NCBI GenBank assembly: GCA_000934665.2
Contig: JYFJ02000353.1
Location: forward strand, 1 to 64,000
Direction of reading: 5' to 3'
Source: Catajapyx aquilonaris
Lineage: Eukaryota
Length of the DNA stretch: 64,000 bases
Under the pieces are notes generated by a model. It saw nothing but the letters and a program-made list of their open reading frames with translations. It did no database searches and had not been told where the DNA came from. Every line of letters starts with the position of its first letter. Position 1 is the stretch's first letter. The position numbers and the translations under genes were made by a program. Positions 53,469 to 64,000 of this stretch are shown here, piece by piece.

Positions 53469-53776
53469 CAGAGGTTCCCAAACTTTTTGAGTCGTGGAGC
53501 ACTTTTCAGGAGAGATATTCGTGACGGAGCACCAAGATCATAAAGGCACGTAAGCATAAGAAAATTCTGGGTTGGAGGGGGGAGGGGGAGCGCCAAATTA
53601 GTAAATTAGAATGGGAGGGGCGAAAGAGCGCCGCAGGCGATTTTTTTGGGGGTTCACGGTCACACAAGCTACTGAGAGATTTGAATGGGTATAGCTTATT
53701 GAAGAATTCCTTTTTTTCCCAACCTCTTCGCGGAGCACTTGGAAAAGTTTCGCGGAGCACAGTTTGGGAAACTCTG
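53469..53776. mobile_element. Non-autonomous hAT-type DNA transposon, 308 bp
   Basis: TIRs CAGAGGTTCCCAAACT / AGTTTGGGAAACTCTG with a perfect 8-bp TSD CTCTAGGG (53461-53468, 53777-53784). Subterminal GGAGCAC motifs are repeated. Confidence 0.9.
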
Positions 53777-56700
53777 CTCTAGGGTATTGTAATGACTATC
53801 AGAAAACTGACTTTGCCATCAGAAAGTACACTTCAAGGACTAGTTTCCAAAGTGCTTAACTTAGTGTGGCTCCACTCTGATCATTTTGAATATCAGGTCT
53901 TCACTTGTTGTGTGCCATGACTCGCACAGCATGATATCTTCTAGAATTACATATTGTCACAGACAGCTTTGTGAAACATCTGCATTTATGGAAGCCAAAA
54001 TTTTCTCACTTATGAGATTTTCCATCACTTTCCCTTGAAGCATTTTGAACTTTTGGAATGTTTTGTAGTAGCTCAGGAGGGATTGGGGAACATGAACATA
54101 TGCATTGCGTTGATCTAGCAATGCACGCACAATACGCTCCCTGTTCTGAGAGAACGACAATCATCATTGTGATACTTGGTAGGAAGCTACTTCCATCTCA
54201 CACCTAAATGCTAGCTAGGTAATCCAACTGACAAAACCTTTTTAAGATACAACATGCCTAGCTGAACTTAAGGGATGTGACTCTGCCATCGAGTTGATTT
54301 TACATATTACATGCATAACATCACCATGCACCAGTTGACTTCCAGTAACAATGCAGTAACATTTTTCAAGTGATTTGCTGTACAAGATTTGTTACATTGT
54401 CATATTCCTCTTTTTATTTCATTTTTATTGACCTATAAACAGTGTAATACACATACTGACATCATTTTAGACATTCTGGCAGTGTGGAACATTACCATTA
54501 TGTAGAAGAAGCAACCAGAATTAGATATGCAGTAATTGTACGCTAGAACAGAAATATCTTACGCTACTACACTACATTTACTGTATAATAATATTACTGT
54601 AGATTGGTCAAGTACACTAGCCAGGTACATCATATTCCATGTAGCATCCGACAGCAAGTTGACTGGAGTTATGTGTGTGGTTATCTTCTTTATTTGTATC
54701 TTGCTATGAAGCTGTTCACTGAAAGGTGTGGCAGGGTTACCTGAATCTCATGAGAAATCATTAAGTCTACCATACATCGTGGGAACTATATGACATGAAC
54801 TGTAGGTCTCTGTCGCTTGGTATGAAGCAAAGATATTCATTCCTGTTTTACTTTTGAAAGTCTGATTAAGCCAAAAAAAAATGCATCTCAAATGTTAATG
54901 TTATTATTGCTGAGGAGGAAATATTTAGACCAGTGGAAGTTGCAAGTATAATGCTTGAGATTGCCAGCTGGGTTGTCCTGAAAGGACCTCACATTTTTTG
55001 TTAATTTGACCTCTTCTGTGACAGATGGACTAACGACTTGACAAGGCCGTGAGACCTATTAGCCCACTCTGGAAAGGTGCTGACATACTACGTAATGCTG
55101 AATGTGCTCAAAAATTCTAATCTGAAACGTGTAAATAGCAGGATGTCTTGGACTCGCTCATCAGAGACGGTGTGTTAATGCAGTCAGGCAGTTTTGTTAT
55201 CTTATTACAAACAAAGTATCTGAATTTGAAATGCTTCCAGTATATTCAGTTTTGACTTGGACTGACGGTGTGACAATGGGTGACATAAGCCTGAAAAATA
55301 TGCTTACGCAGGGCCTTCTCCTTCCCTCCAACTCCCGAAGCATGCGTCAGTGCTAGTGACACTAGAATGGGCCGATGCTTGGAAAGTTCAAACCAGCAAA
55401 GTGGACCAGACCTCTTATTATTGTGTGTACAAGTATGTAATATGCATATGCTAGTCATGAAATGATTTATGTGCAGTTCTGTATTTCAAGATTGTTTTCC
55501 GCCTCCTTCTGCAAGAGTGTATTGAGTGTGACTGTCAGTTAAGTGGTTTTCATTTTGAAAGAAAAACTCACGCAGATTAAAAAGAAGAGAAAAAAAAGAG
55601 GAAAAGTGCCTTGTGATTGAGATGGATTTCATTTATTCATTTAAGTGCTAATTGTTGACATGTAGATGGCTTTTTTTGGCATTGGTGGGACATATGTACA
55701 CAAGTACCTTCACGTGTGAGTGTGACAATGGTAAGTAACAATGTGAACGTGTGAATTCAGAAAATAGTGGCGACTCATTGGCTACCAGAAATTTGTTGCA
55801 TCTTTTCTTAAATAGGCTTGTATCTGTGTGATCCTTTAAGTCGAGAGATAATCACAAGTGTGCGTGGGTGTGTATTATTATGTGTAATATGATAATGTGG
55901 ATGGGAACAAACAAAGCATGCACAGTGTGACAGTGACCAATAGGAAAGAACTCGGACTGGTTGTTAACTGGTTGTTAATGAAGAGACATTGCTCAACCAC
56001 TTTTTTCCCTCATGCTGCGCTTCATTTATGTAGAATTGTGGAGTTATGCAGGTCGCATACTGAAGACGAATTGAACTTTCTCATTGCGCATAGCTCACAC
56101 TTATTCTTGGCTCATCCGAAAATTGAAGGTCAACATTTTAATGTACTTGTTGTGATTTGTGGGAATTGTACATGAAGGACGTTTTTAAAATTATATGAAA
56201 CGAGAAGGAAATTTGAGTTGTGTGATATAATATTCGTTAAAACATTGGAAATATTTATTGCGAATGGAAATTTGAGAAAACCGCACACCTTAATAATTTT
56301 GATAATGGAAGTAGGACCAAATGCACAAAGTGCACTGTAAATTTCAATCAAATGTGTAATAAGACGGAATCTATGTACAGTACAGTAGCATACACCCTGA
56401 GCAGTGACCAGCATTGCTGCGGCTTTCTTAATGGGATGTGAAACCTTCACAAGAAGTCCAGCTAATACCCCATTGCTATTACATTCATTATTTTTTTGTG
56501 GTGCTTATATGTAACGAGAATAATTATTTTTTCATATGGAGCGAGTCCTGTTCAGGTGGGTGACTGTACAGTACCTGCTGCTTCACATGCAGCTTGATCA
56601 AGTGAAGGACGTAGAAATGCAATCCATGAGGCCACCATTAGGGTTTGGAAAGGACAATAACAGTCGCTTCTTTGATTTTGCTCAAAGTAAAACATAAGAG

Positions 56701-57666
56701 ATGTATACCTGCACGCAAGGGAAGGTAAACTGTTATCATTTTTTTGGCTCCCTGTGCCAAAATGGTTGCTAGTATGTGCTAAGAAAAAATGTGATTTGGT
56801 TATATTTTGCTGGATTGTATGATCACAAGGTACTTGCTGACTTGGGAGAGAGTACGCACAGTGTTAAATTGCTGATTTCAATCCTTCAATGGCTGTTTTC
56901 TGCTGTAGTTTGCTGCACTCCTGCTAGGCGATGCTTTATTGGATATGTCAGCTCTTTTTAAGTTTTGTTGAAAAAAAAAACATCCAGCTGCAATTAGAAT
57001 CCCTCCAATAAAAGATGGAGTCCATAGCCTAAAAATTGCTCTAATAAGAAAGCAGCCTACCAATATTTTTCTTGAGGAGGTTGGAATGTGTGTGCAAAGA
57101 AGCCAAACTAGTTTTAGTACATTTCACAATCCTACGCTAATTGCTGGTGATTCACATAGATCCTGCAGTTTAGATGTCACAGAATGTTGCATGCAGATCT
57201 AGATCCCCTGTAAAAGAACATGTTCATGAGACAAAAAGAAATCTGTAGTGAAAATGACCTCCGTGTGCATATCATCCCTTGTCAGTTCCCATTGCTCTCC
57301 TCGACTCCTAGTTTTAAAAGAAAAACGGAAGAAGTGTCCTGTGTGGTTGTGTACATACGGTATACATGCTGTCAAACTCCTGATGATGTAAATATATCTG
57401 GATAAAAACAAGATGTACCTTTTTTCTGTTTGCCTCAAGTGTACAGCTTGGATGATGAAAATACTAAATGCAGTTCCAAATAAAATCGGAAGCATTTACA
57501 TAACTTATTACACTTGTTTTATTACAGTTGCAGTAGCATAACACATGCTTATAACCTACATCGTCAACCGCAAAGCATTAAAAGTGCATCCAAAAAAGCA
57601 TCACCCATAGCGAAACCATTTTTTAATACCCTTGTGAGGCTGTGCTGTGCCTGAAAATCACATTAA

Positions 57667-57925
57667 CCGGCCGCGGCTGTGCCATGGGGTCTTTTAAGAC
57701 CCCATCCATATTTTAATTTTTATTAATTTTTATATAATACTTTTCAGTGTATTGACTATATGCAATCATTCTTTGAACAATGCCTAAAATGGTCACTAAT
57801 TCAAAATAAACATGCACTTCCTGTTATATACTTTTTTTTAAAATGGCAAACAGTTACTTGTAATTATCATTTTAATGCATTTTTTTCCTTGGGGTCCGAA
57901 AAGACCCCACGACACAGTTCCAGGG
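57667..57925. mobile_element. Degenerate piggyBac-like MITE
   Basis: TTAA|CC..CTGTGCCATGGGGTCTTTTAAGACCCCA ... TGGGGTCCGAAAAGACCCCACGACACAG..GGG|CTAA. Imperfect TIRs with TTAA-like flanks. Confidence 0.55.
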
Positions 57926-57929
57926 CTAA

Positions 57930-58110
57930 ATGTTTTTTGTTACTAAAAAGCATTGGAGAGCATTAACAATATTGATGTCCCATGAGAGACTCAGTAGTGA
58001 TGCTCATTTAATGATTTGATGATGCTCTTGTAATGCTTTTTGTGGCTTTAAAAAATTAATGCTCCATGGGAGACCATATATAGTGATGCTGTTTTAATGG
58101 ATGGTTTGCA
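57930..58110. mobile_element. Diverged relative of the foldback MITE at 50297-50519
   Basis: Shares GAGCATTAA...ATGT.CCATGAGAGACTCA..AGTGATGCTC.TTTAATG with the right arm of the 50.3-kb element. Confidence 0.6.
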
Positions 58111-58117
58111 TTTTAGT

Positions 58118-58157
58118 GTTATTATTGTTATTATTGTTATTATTATTATTATTATTA

Positions 58158-58198
<41 letters not shown>

Positions 58199-58308
58199 TT
58201 AGGTTTATTCTCATGAGTTTTAATTTAGTTAATATGTTGGGTTAGCTTGCGTCTCCCTTCATCGCTGACTACCCCTCATAGGGAAATGTCGTGATGTTGT
58301 TATTGTTG

Positions 58309-58376
<68 letters not shown>
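58118..58376. repeat. Compound (TTA)n/(GTT)n microsatellite (58118-58196) and (TTA)n run (58311-58376)
   Basis: Seen directly in the sequence. Confidence 0.9.
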
Positions 58377-58377
<1 letters not shown>

Positions 58378-61300
58378 GACTATGTAAATAATTATAACAC
58401 AGCTGTGCTGTAATCCCCCTTTCAGTTGCATTTAGTTCCAATGTTAGATGGTGCTACCTCCTTGGATGAGTGCAAATGTAATGGTCCGATGGCAACTCCC
58501 GAAATGCTTGGGAAGGAAGGAGCTGGCATTTACATTGTGCAAGTGTAAGATTACCTAGCTAGAGGGAAAGCAAGCTCCAACCTGCTGTGTGCCTAGCGCC
58601 TGCAACTATAGGTAAGTCTAACGATTTTGCAAATTCACTCACATAAAGCTGAGCAGGTGACATGTCTCAAATGGCACTTCCTACTAAGATACTGGATTTA
58701 AACGCCTCCAACGATATACGGCTGTCACTTGACACAAATCTATCTCCGACACTTGTTGCAGCTAGTTTGCGACACTACATCTCACAGGTGTCGTGCACCA
58801 CAAGAACTCCCAGCAACAATGCGGTCCAGTGAGTCACATTTAAACCCCCCTCTTCTGACATGCGGTGCTGCCCGGTGCGGGTGGTTTAAAAAAAAAGAAG
58901 AGAAGCATGGCAACCTGGTGCCGTTTTTGTTTGCACCTCACCCCCTCCTCTTTTGCCTCCCTCCCTCCCATCCCAACCCTCCCACCCCGCCGGCCCCTGC
59001 TTGGTTTGCTGCCCCGAAAGCTGTGTGGATTCATCATCTTCATTCGGCCTTCTTTCCTCCAAACCAATGGACGCTGCAACGCACAGCATCTACTGTCCGT
59101 GACCCACACTTGGAAGCACGTGCACTGGTAAGTAGGATGCACCAATCAATTCTTCATTGCCAATATGTCATACACACTATGAATCAAAATTTGGGCATTT
59201 TACTTAGCATCACGGCTTGTTATTTAAAATTAGCGTGCACATCAGTGTTTTCCCACGTTCAAGGTCAGGCGCATGTAAGACAATGATATTTTTGAAGTAC
59301 AGTAATTGCGAGTGTGCGGTATCGGCCGGTTGGATGAAAAGAGTCGGGGTTTGCTTATATAGAAGGGGAGATTCTGGTTTCTTCTGAAAAGAACCAAAGG
59401 CGGGGTTGCCAGCAGATGCAATGGGCCAGGGAGGTTGCCAGATAGAATCAATTGCCTTTGCTGCACGGGGGCCCTGATGGTCATGCACCATCGACAAATG
59501 ACCTTGCTTTGCTAAAATGCTCTGCAGCTTGAAAAATGAGGCACAAAAGAAAAAAACACGGTTTCCGTTGGATGGGTGTCGGGTTGGTACTTACGGCTCC
59601 GGGACAGTGTCGGGTTGCATTTTTATGGCGCTGATAAGACGGAAACAGTTAAACGGAAATACAAGGTTCTGCAAGTATGACGGAAGATATTGAAGGGGGG
59701 GAAATCATGCAAATTATTTCCTTTTTGATGGAAGTGCTTTTGCAAGGAGAATTCGCGGAATCTGTAGATTAGTGCTGTAATAGCGGTTTGAAATGTCATG
59801 TGCGGTGCTTGTCTAATCATCCGGTATGCAGTGTCGCCATTATATCTCATGCAGAGATGGTTTTATTGCAACTTGACTCATAGATAGTACAGTACGTTGG
59901 TATCGAGTGGCACCTGCATACATTTTGTCAGCCTTTTTTTTAAACAATATGGGCCTTGATTTGGGTGCAAGGATGAGGGCAAGACTAATAGAACCTTCCC
60001 CTCGAATTATTGGTCCAATCTATTTTTATGCAGGTCGTCTAGTCTTGCTTCTTGCCATTCATTGCATTTACACTACCATGTGTTCTGGTCCTTACTGTCC
60101 CTACGGAAATGAGACCAGAAGATCGTAACTTGATTACCAAGGAGTTGCAGCAAGAACAATGGATATGGACCTTTGAGATAAATATTCAAGCACATTGACG
60201 GTAGATTTAGAGTAGTACGTACTCAATAAAGGTTTAGGTATGTATTTATAATAAAATCAGTCATATCGTAAATACAAGACTTATGAGAATTTATAGGCTA
60301 CTGTGTCAGTAGGGGTACCGTAATATAATTGAGAAGTAACACCATTTTTAACATGATGAGCCAGTAATTAGTTCCCAACAATTAGTCTACTCGTGAAAGT
60401 GTTCCAACCGACCAAAATGAGAGGGGCCTATTTTTATAATCATTAATGGTCAATTATTTTGAAAATTCAATATTGGTTTTCTGCCAGCTGGAAAACCCCA
60501 CCGTTTTCATAAGTGACCTGAAATATATTGCTGTTATACAGTACAGCGTAGTTATCGATTCTTCTGATAAAGTTTTTTGATTTTCGCGGAAGGTAGGCCT
60601 ATATATCCGCCATCCTGATTATTATCAATATACCACAGAACACGATGCAGTATAGCTTCCCACGCCGGCATAAAGGGCTGGAGATAGAATGATTTTCAGT
60701 GTATTTGCCAGGGATATCAAAAGAGCAAACGCAATTATGCTGCGGCTCTTTGATCGTAAAATATTAGCTAAAAACTAATTAGTTGCAAAAAAATTAATAC
60801 CTCTCTACGTGGAGAGATTAAGGGCTGAGATAGGTTTTATGTCACATTTTAAACCCCTTGATGTTCTCTTACTATACGCACTTGCCATAATATCGCAGCT
60901 GCAATATTACAGTTACTGATATCACTTTTTCCGACTCATAGCGGATTTCAACTACCTACGCATTACTGGAAGGGGAAAAAAGTGGGATTCTAGGAATTAA
61001 AAATCAGATTTAGCATTTTATGTGCCGAGGGCCGAAAAGTGTGCTCAAATTTTGCAGCTATCCTGCAGCTTTGATTTTTTTTTGTATGCTACGAATATGT
61101 ACGAGTTAGCTGTCAGTGCTGAATTCAGCGTTACTGCTTTATTTTACACGTAAATAAATGGTAATATTTTTGTGCATAAAAATTAGCGCCAGCAGCCTTG
61201 AAGGGTTCATTCTAAAAATTGGGCTTCAGTTATGTTGTTAAAATTGAAAAATGTGCAATTTCCAATCTCATATACTGCGTACTACCTTAATTGCGAATTC

Positions 61301-61657
61301 AAAATATTTTAGCTATATTTTAATTTTTTCGTTGCCATTATAGAGCCATTAGGCCCAATTTCGTACCTGTCACGTGCAGATTCATAACGATTACATTTCG
61401 TACTCGAGCTGTACTTAGCGTTTTTTTCAGCACCTATCCTGAGGTTGAAATTGTTCCTGATTAGTATGGTAGGTCACCACATAATTACGACACAGCCCAA
61501 TGCTAATGGTGGGAAAGAAAGTGCGCCCTTCCAATAGAGTTGTCGCAAACCCCAATCGGGAAACGTCACGTCTCAGGTGCATCCAGGCAAGGCTTCCTTA
61601 TCAAGGATTTCTTATCAGGCAAATATAGAGTGGGTAGTAAGTAACAGTCGGGGCACG

Positions 61658-62364
61658 ATGCAAGACAGGGGTGCAAATCAGTCTCCGGTCCCAGCAACAT
61701 CCTTCATCCCAAGGAAGTTGGCTCCAAGGGACGTCCGGGTCATAAGCCCTGACCCTGCCCAATCCCGGATGCCCAATCAATTGTGAGTAGTTGTGCCTGG
61801 AGCCCCCCCCCCCCCCCCCNCCCCCCGGTCAACTCGACGCCAAAGATTAGGCGTCACCGGTCGCTTTATATGACCTATAAATTATTGTAATTTTTTGTTG
61901 CAGATGTGAGGGGGGTGACCTCCGCAGAGTAGTGCTGACCCGGTCAGCTTCGGTGTCGTCTCCGCCCAGGTCAGCTTCTTGCCCGCCAGCTTTCCCAAAG
62001 TACCTTCATTCCAACCTGAGGTCACTTTCCCTGACCCAGATGACCTCTCATCGCAACCTGCTGGCATCTCCGCCGCCTCCCACCATCTACGAGGAGGTCG
62101 GACCATCCGACTCATCATCTCCGTACAGCTCCGTGTACTACAACTCGACCCATCCCAAACGGGTCAGCTTCTCGTCGCTTCGAGGTTTGAACCTGGGCAT
62201 ACCCGAACCTCTGTACGAAGGCGTGTACCATGTCAATCGGGCCAAAGGTCGAGTGGACAGGCTGTCCACTCATGGGGACGACGACTCAGTGTTCGGTGCG
62301 GACGACGAAGCATCGGTCACCACCAACGGGTCATACTCTTCGGCATGGGACCGTGACAACGATG
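61658..62364 (+). CDS. Two coding exons of an unidentified Ser/Pro-rich, probably disordered signalling protein; continues to the right
   Basis: Exon 61658(ATG)-61782 ends TT|GTGAGT (phase 2) and joins acceptor TTGCAG|A at 61904 in frame (TTA TGT GAG...). It stays open to donor GATG|GTGAG at 62364. GC-rich and coding-like; no recognisable domain. Confidence 0.65.
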
Positions 62365-63333
62365 GTGAGCAAAATTATTAGTTAGTTTAACCAATTATTC
62401 ATTAGTTATATTTTAGTAGTGCATACTACATACTTTTTAACAGTGCCATTGATTCCTTGGGCATATACTTGAGCACCAGTTATTTTCCGGTTGCGGATTT
62501 TTATTTCTGGTGTTTTTTTTTTTGAGAGAGAGAGCAAATATGCACCATGTACCGGCCAGTTGTGCCCGAAGCTAGGTCAGACTTAAAAAAACACAATGTA
62601 GTGAACTATAAATGAATCGATATTTTGGGCTTCCCGAACAAAAATATATGCCCCAAACACGGCTGTCGACAACATAACCAAGTTAAACTGGCCAAACTTT
62701 TCGCATTTTCCATTCCCAGCTCTCGAATAATAACAATTGTTTGCCGATTTGTTTTTTTTTTGTTTTTTTCGGGTCCCGTTTTTTTTTTGTACGAATGGGA
62801 CGTTTTGTGACAGTTTTTTCCTCGGGGTTAGTTGTACATTGCAGCCATAAACTGTTATTTCCGAGGACGCTATAAAAAAGTCGACTGGAATAATATTTTT
62901 TTAAAGATTGTGAGTTGTGGATTCCAGCAACCAGATGATATAGGGTGAACAACCAGTCACTTATGCTATTTACGTACCACCCTGTTACATATTTAACTCA
63001 TGAAGCTCTTTTGGTTGTTGACTAATAATTGTTCAGCGGCTGGACGGGACTGAAATAACCGCATAATTATTGCATTGCACAATCGCAATGCGTCAACAAC
63101 AGGTTATTAATTTCGCTTGGTTTTTGTCCTGGCTCTGTGACTGTCACACGTCAATTTTCAAAAGGGGGACATTTTTAGACCTGGAGCGCGACATAGCTCG
63201 CGAATAGCCTGCAAATTGTCGGCTTCATATAAAGCGTTGACGCGTAATTGGACGCAAAGTGTCGCTTAATTACTTACGACTTTGCTGGTTGTGCATAGAA
63301 GAAAAGACTGGTTAAAACTGGCGGGGTTTGGCC

Positions 63334-63466
63334 ACCAATCAGCTCGCGAGACGTGGCTAACGCTTATTGGCTAATCCGAACAAGCGTGCTGGAATCCGGC
63401 CAATAAGCGCGAGCCACGTTGTGCGAGCTGATTGGCCGGATTCCAAACTACGCTTGCTGATTGGTT
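63334..63466. repeat. Interleaved inverted repeats rich in CCAAT/ATTGG motifs
   Basis: CCAATCAGCTCGC..ACGTGGCT..CGCTTATTGGC pairs with GCCAATAAGCG..AGCCACGT..GCGAGCTGATTGG. CAAGCGT..TGGAATCCGGCCAAT pairs with ATTGGCCGGATTCCA..ACGCTTG. Confidence 0.75.
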
Positions 63467-64000
63467 GATACCGAATATATGCTAATAGTGGATACAACGT
63501 GGTGTGAACCCAACTTTTTGCGATTGTTAGGACAGGATGCCGATTGGACTGTTTTTAATGAAAAAGGTGTTGGTCTGATTGGCGTGTGGTGTCTGAGGTG
63601 CTGCCGGGTGTTTCCATATTATTAGGCCACAGGACTGGGTGGTGGTGGCAGCATTATTGGACTCGAGGGATGGAAATGCATTGGGAATGAATCCCATCCT
63701 CTCCCCAAGAGAAATCCGCCTTCAACCAGGCCGCACTCTATACCCCCCCGATCTATTTTAGATTGCATTCGAGCATAGCCCAAATTCTGAGGGTAAAAGG
63801 AGTGAAGTCGCCGCTTTACATCTCAAGGCGATTCTCAGTCGACACCTAACGGGATTTCAGGGGGACCATATTTCGAAGGTTTATTGCCAACTCGACCCGG
63901 TTTTCTTTTTTTTTTTCATTCTTCGTCGCAGTGCTATTTATGGTTCTTATGTGAGAAGGGTGTGAGTTGTGTAAAGCCTAATTGCGACACCCTGTACATT

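Noticed and set aside
1..64000. CRISPR array, prokaryotic operon, or stop-codon readthrough/selenoprotein signals
   Set aside because: No spaced direct-repeat array. All genes are spliceosomal. No in-frame TGA is needed in any model and no readthrough context is seen at the stops.

Overview
Eukaryotic, intron-containing invertebrate (arthropod-like) genomic DNA. There are no prokaryotic operons, CRISPR arrays or rRNA/tRNA genes. Left third (1-25 kb): a minus-strand tandem array of five sugar-porter (Tret1/GLUT6-8-like MFS) genes. Four are complete and were spliced by hand into stop-free ORFs; one runs off the left edge. A plus-strand orphan gene for a secreted His/Asp/Gly-rich protein sits inside the array. 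In all four complete transporters the canonical sugar-binding residues are replaced by paralog-specific charged residues. Middle: a pile-up of a Helitron-like element and two tRNA-derived SINE families (one with a V-SINE core), a second V-SINE copy with a 14-bp TSD, and the 3' exon of AURKAIP1/mS38. Right: a complete 5-coding-exon TMEM198, several MITEs, and two exons of an unidentified signalling-adaptor-like gene. A GC-rich, highly hairpin-forming ~270-nt island in a transporter intron is unexplained. All exon models come from manual reading and are not supported by transcript data.
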